In this document: in pieces, positions 8,173-17,035 of the stretch
Layout: each line of letters opens with the position of its first letter
Numbering within the stretch: the first letter of the stretch is position 1
Assembly: GCA_937934305.1 (NCBI GenBank)
Contig: CALHAG010000002.1
Location: 142,192-206,191, forward strand
Direction of reading: 5' to 3'
From: Candidatus Caldarchaeum subterraneum
GTDB lineage: Archaea > Thermoproteota > Nitrososphaeria_A > Caldarchaeales > Caldarchaeaceae
Length of the DNA: 64,000 nucleotides
Program-made: the position numbers and the translations under genes
The notes under the pieces: generated by a model
Seen by the model: only the letters and a program-made list of their open reading frames with translations
What the model was told of the DNA's origin: nothing
Database searches by the model: none

Positions 8173-10125
8173 TTAAAGGTCGCAGTCTGTGATTATTGTT
8201 GCACCCGGTGGAACATTGCATGTTATGGTGTTCCCGTTCTTGCTACATTGATACACTTCGTTCTTGCTATATGTCCCGGCTCCGGGCGCCACAAAGGCGT
8301 TGCATTTGCCTGGATTGCTTGTGCCAAAGGAGACGGATATGGAGTTCGGCGGCGGGCTATCGCATGGCACGTTTACTCCTAAGCCGCTGTTGGTCCATAC
8401 TTGGGTTCCTACGTCGCTGCTCTCGCATATGCCGACGACGTAGCTCTTCATGCATGGGGGCGAGCTGGGCGGCGGTGGCGGCGGTGGCAGCCGTTCAATT
8501 GTTCTGTCGTAGGTGTATACTGCTACTATGCCTAATGGGCGGTCTGCGTAAACCCTCAGCGTGCCGTTGGTGGAGTAGGCTACGATGTTGGTGGTGTTCC
8601 AGAGGTCTACGACCGCCACGTAAGCCAGCTTGTGGATGGCTGTTGAAAAGTAAGATGTTTCGACTAAGTAGTAGCTATAATAATTTCTCTCTACATAAAA
8701 CCGACTGTGCCACTCAAGTGTGGTCGGAAAACTCACCTCCCCATAGTACCTACGGGGCTGGGAGAGGTATGTGTACTGGACGTATACATCGACCGTGTTG
8801 CCTGAAACAACTGTATACGTAACCGTGAGCGGACTCCCGTTGTCGAGGGGGATGCTCACGTCCTGAGAGAGTGTTACCGAAGAGCTTCTGGAATTAGCAT
8901 CACTTATCGTCAGACTGACCGGGCTGGTGATGCCTCCATTAATGAGCCAATAATAACAATAACCACCCCATGAGTAGGAGCAGCTTGAGCTGGTGATTTT
9001 GACTGTTATTTTCCTGACTGTTATTGGGTAGCGGTCCGCGGGGAAGGTTATGTCCACGCTGCCTGCTCCGGTTAAGCCTGTTACCGATGCGGTGTCTGTA
9101 AGCGTATCTTGTACCAGATTGTCCATGTTCCGTAGGCTGTTTTCAGGGAAGAAGTACTCCTGCCCACCTACCGGGATAGCTCCTCTACCTCCATATCCAT
9201 TACATACACTTACCGTTTCATAGTTTACAGCCACGAATCGTGGGCCATAGTCAGAGGATGGTGTAGGGCGCCATATCGAAAACGGAGTATATGGGTCACT
9301 CCACGCTCTTCTATCGCATGGATCCCAATAACTTACCGACCCCTGTCTGTAGCCCTTTTTATATGTCATGGTGAACTGGGGTATCTTTATGACGGATGAG
9401 TCGGTGACGTTCACTATTCTATTGCTGGGGTCTTTGGCCTGTAGACCGGGTAGCAGACCCCACGACGGGAATGTAACGTCTTCTCTATACGCTCCTCTCG
9501 GGTAGGCTACGCCGGTGTATACTTTGATGGGCCAGTGGCTCGGGTTGTCTATTATGACTGTCGCCGTCCAACTGGTCAATGTTTGTGTGGTCTCGACCAC
9601 TGTTAGCGACTCGGTGGATGTTACCTGCGAGGTCAGAGTTGTTCTGCTGGTTTCATAGGCCGCCACCTCCACCACCGGCGGCGCGAGGTACCTGCTGCCG
9701 TACACTCTTCCCCTGAATGTTTTGAAGTAGGCTGCTGATAATGAGCTATAGGTGTCATCATATGTTCTGTATTCTTCTCCCGCTAATGTGGCGAAGGGCA
9801 TTGTCCTATACTGCTGTGGGCTAAGCTTCAACGTCTCGTTGAGCTTAACAGCCTTCACGACGCCGCCGGCCCTGTCGACAAGCACTATATCGGTTACCTC
9901 GAGCGCCACCTTGCCCGCGTTCCTCAGCGTAAGCAGCGTGTTGTTGGTTGACACGTCGCGGTAAACATAGGCGTGAAGCAGCTCAGACGACGCCTCAGCC
10001 TCTAGAGCAGACTCCCTAAGCTCAGCCGCCTTCACCGCGTAGACGTTTAGATACGTCAGCGACGCCGCCGAGAACCCGGCCAGCAGCACCAGAACCGTGA
10101 GCAAAGCGCTAACCGACGAGTTCAC
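8173..10125 (-). CDS. Large secreted protein with a poly-Pro linker and a C-terminal Cys-rich module (putative adhesin/tip protein)
   Basis: N-terminal hydrophobic leader MNSSVSALLTVLVLLAGFSAAS. Contains PPPPPPPSSPP. The last ~100 aa carry 8 Cys, suggesting a disulfide-knot-like domain. It is embedded between pilin-like genes. Confidence 0.5.
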   Translation of the reverse strand: MNSSVSALLTVLVLLAGFSAASLTYLNVYAVKAAELRESALEAEASSELLHAYVYRDVSTNNTLLTLRNAGKVALEVTDIVLVDRAGGVVKAVKLNETLKLSPQQYRTMPFATLAGEEYRTYDDTYSSLSAAYFKTFRGRVYGSRYLAPPVVEVAAYETSRTTLTSQVTSTESLTVVETTQTLTSWTATVIIDNPSHWPIKVYTGVAYPRGAYREDVTFPSWGLLPGLQAKDPSNRIVNVTDSSVIKIPQFTMTYKKGYRQGSVSYWDPCDRRAWSDPYTPFSIWRPTPSSDYGPRFVAVNYETVSVCNGYGGRGAIPVGGQEYFFPENSLRNMDNLVQDTLTDTASVTGLTGAGSVDITFPADRYPITVRKITVKITSSSCSYSWGGYCYYWLINGGITSPVSLTISDANSRSSSVTLSQDVSIPLDNGSPLTVTYTVVSGNTVDVYVQYTYLSQPRRYYGEVSFPTTLEWHSRFYVERNYYSYYLVETSYFSTAIHKLAYVAVVDLWNTTNIVAYSTNGTLRVYADRPLGIVAVYTYDRTIERLPPPPPPPSSPPCMKSYVVGICESSDVGTQVWTNSGLGVNVPCDSPPPNSISVSFGTSNPGKCNAFVAPGAGTYSKNEVYQCSKNGNTITCNVPPGATIITDCDL

Positions 10126-10131
10126 ACACCA

Positions 10132-11988
10132 TCACCATGGAAGGCAATACACCAAATACTTGACAATGACGCCGAATCCCACACCGGAGCCGCCTCCTCC
10201 GCCAGAGCTGCCTCCACCATCTCCGCCGCTCGATCCTCCGCCAGTCACAGGTACCGTAACAGAAACAGCCGTCACATCACATGTAGGAGGGGGGTTAAAC
10301 GTGCAGCTCTGACCGGGACCGCAGGAGCTGGTCGGGCCCATGTACACCCCTGACGGAGCGGGGGGCGATGGCGTGTAGATGTTGCATTCGACCTTGTCCA
10401 CGTAGTAGTACCTGTGAATTGTGTAGCTGTTCTCGGTGACTTGGAAGTGGTTGACGTAGACCGGGTTCTCCGGGCCGACTGTATAGGTTGGCAGGGCTGA
10501 TATCCGGGCCTGCCAAGCGTACCATGCGCGGTCTCCATAGGCGGTGGTGACGGGTGCTGTTCGTGTTGTCACCACCATATTGACCGGGTGGTGGGGATTG
10601 TCTCCCGGCCTGACGAACCTCGTCCCACTGTATAGGAGGGCGGCGGTGAAGGTTCCACGGTAATAGTTGTTGAATGTGAGTGCTGGGCCTGCCGGGTACA
10701 CACGAGTCCCGTATAATGTTGTGACATATTGCCTCCCCCATTCATCCCAGTCTGTTCTCACTGCTGTTGGCCATGTATATGTGGTTGGATAATGCGTCAT
10801 GGACACGTATTCTCCCTGCCGCATGTACGTGGCCGTGGGTGTGGGGTAGTTGGGCGGGGCGGGCTGTACATCTACTCTCCGCAGACTATACACCGCTGTG
10901 CATAATGAGTTGATTGCGGCTATGTTTATCGACACGATTAGGGACCTTGGCGCGTTTATGTTGGTGTAGTAGGTGCCTCTCTCCACGTAGACGGTTTTCG
11001 TGTCATCCGATGCGTCGGCCCAGCCGCCGGCAGGCTGCCAAGCCCATAGCAGGTAGTACCACCCGTTATAACCCCACGGCGGGACCTCCCACTGGACGTT
11101 TATGGCGTTTCTCCAGTCGGGTAATGGTGCTGACGGTGAGCCGTCCTCGGGGAGTCCTGTCACCGAGGCTGAGTAGTAGATGCCTCCTCCTGCAGGCAGC
11201 CCCCTCGCCAGTATGTTGATTTTCTCGAAGTGGTTTACGGCCCGTATGGTTGAGTAGGTTATAGGCGCTGGAGGGTTGAGGGTTATGGTCCTGTTCACGT
11301 AGAAGGTGTTGTTTATAGTGGTGAAGGATGGTACCTGCCATACTTCTGTGGTTGTGTAGTTGTATGTGGTTACGGTGGTTGCGCCTACTAGGTTGTCTTC
11401 GCGCGGGTAGCCCCATGTGCTGCCGAAGCTGTTGCCGGCGTCGGTGTATGCTATCAACGCCGCCATGTTGCCTGCGAGCTGTCGGAAGCTTGTGAAGCTG
11501 AGCCCTAGCTGCTCCGGGCTAAGCGTAACCTTTGTGCCCGGCGGAACAATTATCTGCCTGCTTATCTCTATGACTTGCCTGTTTTGGCTGGGCTGCGGCC
11601 TGTACACCGCCAGTAGCTTGGTTATGTTTGTCGGGAAGCCCCATGCGTTGACTATCGTTATTCTCGGTGGGCTGTTGATGTCTGAAGAGTTTTCGGCGTG
11701 GATGTATATGCGTATAAGCTCCTGGTCCTTGGCCGCCTGCCTCCTCAGCTCCTCCATCATCTGCCTGTTCTGGGCCGAGTACGTGTTTGAGACATAGGTT
11801 GTTGCGAGCACTCCTGCTGTGACTACAGCCATCACCATTATGGCCGCTATTACGCCGGATAACCCGGATGAGCTTTTCCTTTTCAAGGCATCAGAGAGAA
11901 AAAGAGCTGATGCATATAAGGCGATAAACCTCCCCGACCAATCTTGGTCAGGGAGGGGCATACACAGCTTCAACAAAATAATGGTCAT
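10132..11988 (-). CDS. Large pilin-like protein (class III signal peptide) with a Gly/Ser-rich C-terminal tail
   Basis: N-terminus KRKSSSG|LSGVIAAIMVMAVVTAGVL matches the archaeal prepilin (PibD) cleavage pattern G|[LIV]S shared by five neighbours. 618 aa with C-terminal GGGSSGGDGGGSSGGGGGSG. Confidence 0.55.
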   Translation of the reverse strand: MTIILLKLCMPLPDQDWSGRFIALYASALFLSDALKRKSSSGLSGVIAAIMVMAVVTAGVLATTYVSNTYSAQNRQMMEELRRQAAKDQELIRIYIHAENSSDINSPPRITIVNAWGFPTNITKLLAVYRPQPSQNRQVIEISRQIIVPPGTKVTLSPEQLGLSFTSFRQLAGNMAALIAYTDAGNSFGSTWGYPREDNLVGATTVTTYNYTTTEVWQVPSFTTINNTFYVNRTITLNPPAPITYSTIRAVNHFEKINILARGLPAGGGIYYSASVTGLPEDGSPSAPLPDWRNAINVQWEVPPWGYNGWYYLLWAWQPAGGWADASDDTKTVYVERGTYYTNINAPRSLIVSINIAAINSLCTAVYSLRRVDVQPAPPNYPTPTATYMRQGEYVSMTHYPTTYTWPTAVRTDWDEWGRQYVTTLYGTRVYPAGPALTFNNYYRGTFTAALLYSGTRFVRPGDNPHHPVNMVVTTRTAPVTTAYGDRAWYAWQARISALPTYTVGPENPVYVNHFQVTENSYTIHRYYYVDKVECNIYTPSPPAPSGVYMGPTSSCGPGQSCTFNPPPTCDVTAVSVTVPVTGGGSSGGDGGGSSGGGGGSGVGFGVIVKYLVYCLPW

Positions 11989-12745
11989 CCATTAACAGGT
12001 TGAGCGGGTTTAAGCCATATGTAACCGTGTCCCTGTAGCCTGTGAAGCTCACCTCCCAGTGCTTGAAAACATACTGCGTGTTACCTATCGTTATCGCCGG
12101 CTCCGCCTCTATACGGGCTATCTCATAGGGTGAGTAGTTGCGGTTTCCGGGAGGCGGGTTAACGGCTGACGAGCATGAGCCGCACACCTGCCTGCCAGAA
12201 CCGGTTTCCAGCAAAACCCTTATGTTGACCGTGTATACACCGGGTCTTTCAGGCGGGTCGCGCCCACATGGATAAACCTCGTCAGGCTCGACCCAGCTCC
12301 TCTGATAGGCTTTACCCACTGCGCCGCTGGAGAAGTGGATGACTATGCTCGTGTTGGCGTAGCCGTTGATAGACCTCGGCAGCCCCAGCCTCTCCAGCCT
12401 GATTATCCTACAGGCTCCGGCGTCGAATACCTCGTTTATTCTAGCCGACGTGACAGAGCCCATCCGGTCAACTAGGATATCGAGCAATGTGTCGCCCTCG
12501 CCGCTGTCTTCATGGATTAGGAGATATGCTTTCGGACTCCAGCCGGGAGGTATCCCCGGCATCAATGTGGCTCTCACCTCATGCTTGCCTCTGTCATATA
12601 ATTCCTCCAAGTTTCTCCTCGCCGTGAAAGTGTTTGAGAAGGCTGAGACAGAGAGATAGGCGGCTACGGTGGTCATCATGACTATGGCGAGGGCGAAGAC
12701 TATCACAGACGCTGAGGATACTCCCCGCCTCCTCATCTTGTCCAC
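11948..12745 (-). CDS. Type IV pilin-like protein (class III signal peptide)
   Basis: MDKMRRRG|VSSASVIVFALAIVMM. 265 aa. Confidence 0.55.
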   Translation of the reverse strand: MDKMRRRGVSSASVIVFALAIVMMTTVAAYLSVSAFSNTFTARRNLEELYDRGKHEVRATLMPGIPPGWSPKAYLLIHEDSGEGDTLLDILVDRMGSVTSARINEVFDAGACRIIRLERLGLPRSINGYANTSIVIHFSSGAVGKAYQRSWVEPDEVYPCGRDPPERPGVYTVNIRVLLETGSGRQVCGSCSSAVNPPPGNRNYSPYEIARIEAEPAITIGNTQYVFKHWEVSFTGYRDTVTYGLNPLNLLMDDHYFVEAVYAPP

Positions 12746-13134
12746 TCCTTTGTCAGGACATGAAGCGCTCCGGAAGATGTTTTAACAGCTAATGCCGAGC
12801 CGCTGGGTAGGCTGAAGACCTGCATCTGTCTAGGCGCTAATGTGGCGTTCCCCGACCATGCAAGGTTGGCGTCCACATATATCTGGATAACCGTGACAGG
12901 GTCTGGGCCGTCGTTAGCTATCCATGCTCTGCCGTCGCTGGCCCAGTAGACAAGCGTGAGCCTCTCAGATATCTTGACAGCCTGGTTTCCCGACTCTTTC
13001 TCAAAACCTGCCACGGCGGCGGATGTGTTTCTAGCGTATATTCCATAGGCAGCCAGGGCCACGGCTAATGCGACCAGCAGAGCCGCCGCCGCTGCCGCTG
13101 CCTCGCTTATCCCACTGCGGCTACGGTGAACCAT
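12733..13134 (-). CDS. Type IV pilin-like protein (class III signal peptide)
   Basis: MVHRSRSG|ISEAAAAAAALLVALAVALAA. 133 aa. Confidence 0.6.
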   Translation of the reverse strand: MVHRSRSGISEAAAAAAALLVALAVALAAYGIYARNTSAAVAGFEKESGNQAVKISERLTLVYWASDGRAWIANDGPDPVTVIQIYVDANLAWSGNATLAPRQMQVFSLPSGSALAVKTSSGALHVLTKEWTR

Positions 13135-13547
13135 GCTGAAGCACCCTCCACGGTCCTAACAGTTAGATAATATTTCTCGCCGAGGGTAACCGGTGCACAG
13201 CGATACGTGAACTCAACCGATTCAGATGGCTTCACATTGGTGGAGCCTCTCACATGCGTAAGCGTGCATACAGGGTTTCCCGCTCCCTGTATAGATAGAC
13301 CGGAATAGGTAACGGGCTCGGAGCCCTTGTTCGTCACCGAGAAGGTGAGGAGATAGCTGCTCCCCAATGCTCTGACGAGCTGGGCCGAGGAGATGGATAT
13401 GCTGTATGACTTGGAATGGGGGCCTAGCCAGCCGGAGGCCAGAGAGCCCACGAGGATTACAAGCGCGACACTCACTATAGCGAGCACCGCGACGGTTGCC
13501 GCGGGTGATAAACCCGAGACAACGCGTTGAGCCAAGCACATCACCAA
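13107..13547 (-). CDS. Type IV pilin-like protein (class III signal peptide)
   Basis: QRVVSG|LSPAATVAVLAIVSVALVIL. 146 aa. Confidence 0.6.
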   Translation of the reverse strand: MVMCLAQRVVSGLSPAATVAVLAIVSVALVILVGSLASGWLGPHSKSYSISISSAQLVRALGSSYLLTFSVTNKGSEPVTYSGLSIQGAGNPVCTLTHVRGSTNVKPSESVEFTYRCAPVTLGEKYYLTVRTVEGASAWFTVAAVG

Positions 13548-13563
13548 AAAAGGTGAGGAGGTT

Positions 13564-14034
13564 TTAGGTTACTGGAACAGAGCGCTGGTGGCTTGTGCTT
13601 CCCCCCGGGATGTTGCCGCTCACCCTGATGGTCAGCATGTCGCCGCGCCCTATGCCGGACGCCGCTGCACAGCCGCTCGCCGAGCCGCTGGAGCCCGGGT
13701 TAAGAGAGGCTGGGAAACCGCTCAATGGCACCGCTACAGGAGCGGTTTGAGCGGTTATGCTGGTGACAGGGCTTCCGCCGGTGTTCTTCACCTGCACCGT
13801 TACGCAGAGCTGCTGGCTTCCCAGCGGGCCCACCAAAGCCGCAGAGACATCTTCTATGATTATGCCTTCTTTTCTAGCCCATCCGCCAAGCTGGCCTCCC
13901 ACAATGCTTCCCACAAGGAGGGCGAGCGATACACCGACTATCACGAGAATCAGCACCACAACCGTCTCGCTTAGCCCCTTGCGGCTAAGGTTCTTGGATT
14001 TTCCAAAAAAATGAAGAGGGTTTTTAGCGGCCAT
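13564..14034 (-). CDS. Type IV pilin (class III signal peptide)
   Basis: LSRKG|LSETVVVLILVIVGVSLALLVGS is a textbook archaeal prepilin N-terminus. 156 aa. Confidence 0.7.
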   Translation of the reverse strand: MAAKNPLHFFGKSKNLSRKGLSETVVVLILVIVGVSLALLVGSIVGGQLGGWARKEGIIIEDVSAALVGPLGSQQLCVTVQVKNTGGSPVTSITAQTAPVAVPLSGFPASLNPGSSGSASGCAAASGIGRGDMLTIRVSGNIPGGSTSHQRSVPVT

Positions 14035-14050
14035 GGTTTCTCATCCCCGT

Positions 14051-14500
14051 TTAGGTGTGGGCTACCCCGGTCTTGGTGTCGCTTACTGTCTGTCCGTTGG
14101 GCGCGGTGCACTGAACCCTGAAAGTGTAGACATCGCCGAGAACCGTGCCCGCTACGTTGTCCGCGGTGAATGTCTGGCTTCTGCCAGCGGCTATGTCCTG
14201 GCTAGTCGGGTCGAATATAGCGCCTGGGAGGTTGATTGCGGTTACTTGGCAACCAGTTAGAACTGAGCCTCCTGCATTGCGCACATCTACTGTGATGAAG
14301 CCGTTGCCGTTTGTGTCAACTAGGATGTCCACCTTCTCTATGCTGACTTTTGGCGCGGCACCCCATCCGAAGAGGAAGCCGCCGGCGATGCTGGCTGCTA
14401 CAAGGGCTAGGGCTACGCCGACCACTAGGAGGATTAAGGCGAGGATGGGCCCGCTGAGCGCCTTGTTGTCGGGTTTCTTCACAAGGTTTTTCACTTTCAT
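14051..14500 (-). CDS. Type IV pilin (class III signal peptide), first gene of the pilus operon
   Basis: KKPDNKA|LSGPILALILLVVGVALALVAASIAGG. 149 aa. Confidence 0.65.
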   Translation of the reverse strand: MKVKNLVKKPDNKALSGPILALILLVVGVALALVAASIAGGFLFGWGAAPKVSIEKVDILVDTNGNGFITVDVRNAGGSVLTGCQVTAINLPGAIFDPTSQDIAAGRSQTFTADNVAGTVLGDVYTFRVQCTAPNGQTVSDTKTGVAHT

Positions 14501-14584
14501 GGCGTCTAAGACAACTAATCATCATGCATTTATTTCAATAATCTGATTAGGCTGAGGAGACTTCCTGTAGGGCCTTCGGAGAGG

Positions 14585-14870
14585 GTGAAGCTCAGACAAT
14601 GTTTATCAAGCCTATACGATATGTTGTGGTTAGAGCAGGCATGTATGGCTGCCCATATATGGTCAAACCCTATTCCCAGAAAGCCGAAATTTTGGCGAAT
14701 TAGGCCCGATTATCTGGTGACCGAAAATACCCGAAAAGTATTACCGCTTTTTGACCATATATGGTCAACCTGCCTCCGTAGAAGCGGGAAATTTCCGGGA
14801 ATTAGACCCAATTTCTTCCTGACCGAAATTATTCAAATCGTCATACCGGTTATTTGATTATATGCAGAGT
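14585..14870. repeat. Two tandem copies of a composite intergenic repeat unit (palindrome TTGACCATATATGGTCAA + GAAATTTYCGGGMATTAG box + GACCGAAAATACYCGAAAAGTATTAC hairpin box)
   Basis: Perfect 18-bp palindrome at 14749-14766 and a partial one at 14654-14666. The same unit recurs at 22262-22535, 36588-36720 (inverted), 56366-56440 and 56636-56760. Confidence 0.7.
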
Positions 14871-14883
14871 TGTTTCATAATAA

Positions 14884-15405
14884 GTGGTGAAGTGTAGAGG
14901 GTGCGGGGTTAGCCTGCCCCGTGATGCGCGGTACTGTTTCAACTGCGGCTCAAGGGTGGGTAGACGTGGGATACTCGCCAAGCTTGTGCCAATTTTCCTT
15001 GTAATAGCCCTGCTCATGTTAGCCTTGGGGAGCCCGTTGACTAACGGGGGCAACGTTGTGCTGGAGAGGGTTAGGGCTGCGGGGTTCAACGCAATGGTTG
15101 AGCGCGGCGGCTACGTGGCTGTAGTCGCCGACCATACATGGTCGGTTGTTGATTTCGTATCATTGGAGAAGGTGCTTAAAGAAATAGACGCGAGGTGGGT
15201 TATTCTTAGAAACATGGTTGAGCGCGGCGATGCCGACAAGGCTCAGAAGGTGGCGGACATGGTTAACGGACTAGAGGATGTTCGGGGTGTTTACAGAGAC
15301 GGTGGGCTGGTGATGGTGACGGTTAAGACACCCTCAGCGCAGCTTCTCCACATGATTTTCAAGCTTGCGGGGCAGGATGTGGCTCTGGTCATCAGGTTCT
15401 CCTAG
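14884..15405 (+). CDS. Zinc-ribbon membrane protein, hypothetical
   Basis: N-terminal CRGCG...CFNCG zinc ribbon, then one TM helix LVPIFLVIALLMLALG, then a soluble domain. Confidence 0.4.
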   Translation: MVKCRGCGVSLPRDARYCFNCGSRVGRRGILAKLVPIFLVIALLMLALGSPLTNGGNVVLERVRAAGFNAMVERGGYVAVVADHTWSVVDFVSLEKVLKEIDARWVILRNMVERGDADKAQKVADMVNGLEDVRGVYRDGGLVMVTVKTPSAQLLHMIFKLAGQDVALVIRFS

Positions 15406-15437
15406 CCTGTATACTGTTTTATCCCCCGTGGAATATC

Positions 15438-15896
15438 ATGGGCTGCATGAGCTATGTGGAGGTGCCCTTCGAGGTCTTGAAAGAACAGTGGAACACTTAC
15501 TATTTGGAGGATGGTGCGCGAATCAGGGCCCGTGTCATTCTTCTCAAGGTAATCCTTGAACCTGTGGATGACAATGTGAGGCTTAGGCTTGACGCAAACA
15601 ACATAATAGTTGTCAGCGCGCCTCCGAACCTATGCGGGGAGGCCGGCAGCCCTCTCACCATGGAGGAGATGCTGAGTTTTGCGCGGCATGGTGTCGCGGT
15701 GAAAGTGCTGAAGGCTGATGAGAGATACAATGTCTACAAAATCTTGCCCAGAGGACCGGTTTTCAAAACCAAGCTGGTCGCATCCGATATGGCATTCAGG
15801 CTGGTGAATAGATATGATGAGGATGGCCAGCCGGTTTACCTGCTCGGCACCACATTGGCTGTCATGATGCCGCATAACTATCATGTATTAGGCTGA
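15438..15896 (+). CDS. Hypothetical protein
   Basis: 152-aa ORF directly downstream and co-directional with the zinc-ribbon protein. No recognisable motif. Confidence 0.3.
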   Translation: MGCMSYVEVPFEVLKEQWNTYYLEDGARIRARVILLKVILEPVDDNVRLRLDANNIIVVSAPPNLCGEAGSPLTMEEMLSFARHGVAVKVLKADERYNVYKILPRGPVFKTKLVASDMAFRLVNRYDEDGQPVYLLGTTLAVMMPHNYHVLG

Positions 15897-15899
15897 AGG

Positions 15900-16223
15900 C
15901 TATGAGCGCCACCTAGCCAACGCCAGAGCAAGGCCTATCCCGGCGCCTACCACGAAGCCTAGTGCGCCGTAGGGGCGTGAAGCCAGCAGCCCCGCAAACA
16001 TCTCCAGCCCCTTCACAACAGCGTCTAAGATGTTTTCAGGAGTGATTGGGAGGCTCAAACCCATGAACGCGAGCGCCACCGGCGCAAGAAAAGCGGCCAC
16101 CAAACCTATCAGAATGATTTTCCACAGCCTGATAAGGGCGAGGCCTGTCCCGAACCCTATGAAAAACCATAGAATAGTGAGAATGGTCTCCCTCTCCGCA
16201 ACGACGTCGAGCAGGGAGGTCAT
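15900..16223 (-). CDS. Small membrane protein, hypothetical
   Basis: 107 aa with three hydrophobic helices. Confidence 0.3.
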   Translation of the reverse strand: MTSLLDVVAERETILTILWFFIGFGTGLALIRLWKIILIGLVAAFLAPVALAFMGLSLPITPENILDAVVKGLEMFAGLLASRPYGALGFVVGAGIGLALALARWRS

Positions 16224-16229
16224 CCGGAT

Positions 16230-16763
16230 TCATCCATACTTGATTAGATAAGCCATGTTAAGCGCTGAAGCCGCTGTCAACACGGCTCCAACCGCTATGA
16301 AAGCTGTTCTCCATCTTAGGTTCATGTATTTAGCGTCGCTGCTCCGCGGGGCGCCTGACAGGGCCACGGTTATCGAGAGGAGCAACGCGACCGTGGAGAC
16401 TGGTTTAAACCATTGCGAGAGAACGAGCGCGGCAACTGTGTATGCGATAGTCACCAAGGGCCCTGCAACCGCTCCCTTCAAAGCCTTACCCGGGTCCACG
16501 GGCTCGGGCACCCTAACCGCTCCGCCGAATGAGAATATGAAGCTCAGGGGCGACGCTATGACGGCGTTCACGCCCTGCTTTCTAAAAGCAGCCCTATGAC
16601 CAAGCTCATGGGCCAGAGGAGCCGAGGCCAACAAAAGCCATGCGAGAGCCAGCCCATCCGCGTCCATGAGCCAGGGAGTCCTAGCCACCATCATGGTCAG
16701 GAGTATGAGCGAGAAGAACGCCGACGACGCGAGAGTTATGATTATTGACCTAACCTCACTCAC
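16230..16763 (-). CDS. Putative intramembrane zinc metalloprotease-like protein (HExxH in a TM helix)
   Basis: Polytopic 177-aa protein with LAHELGHRAAF inside a hydrophobic segment. I did not find a second conserved LDG-type motif, so the assignment is weak. Confidence 0.35.
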   Translation of the reverse strand: MSEVRSIIITLASSAFFSLILLTMMVARTPWLMDADGLALAWLLLASAPLAHELGHRAAFRKQGVNAVIASPLSFIFSFGGAVRVPEPVDPGKALKGAVAGPLVTIAYTVAALVLSQWFKPVSTVALLLSITVALSGAPRSSDAKYMNLRWRTAFIAVGAVLTAASALNMAYLIKYG

Positions 16764-16989
16764 GGCTGGATATGCATCCGCCGTGGATAAAAAAATATAC
16801 CCATTTTCGGGCTGCTCTCACCCAGCGATGGTATCCGGATAAGCGTCTTCTGACCCCGCTCCTTATCGTGTTTTGGATGGAGTTCGTTCTCGTGTCTGAC
16901 GTGTTAGAAAATGTGAGAGATTCTGCGGGTACCCCTTCTCACCATCATGCCTCCTCTATTGTTTCAATGAGGAATGTGAGCCGTAAATC

Positions 16990-17006
16990 CTAGTTTTTTA
17001 AAGCTT
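16990..17006 (+). promoter_or_regulatory. Candidate archaeal TATA/BRE promoter for the R-M gene
   Basis: AGTTTTTTAAAGCTTAAAT lies ~30-45 nt upstream of the ATG at 17036. AT-rich TATA-like elements about 27 nt upstream of the start are typical of crenarchaeal promoters. Confidence 0.35.
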
Positions 17007-17035
17007 AAATCGCATAATCATTTTCATCAGCGTGG

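Noticed and set aside
8196-8822. Plus-strand ORFs embedded antisense in long minus-strand genes (e.g. 8196..8822, 10914..11219, 45612..46070, 49064..49687, 54341..55224)
   Set aside because: They are antisense to well-supported long genes. They have Arg/Cys-rich low-complexity translations and no start context. These are spurious shadow ORFs.
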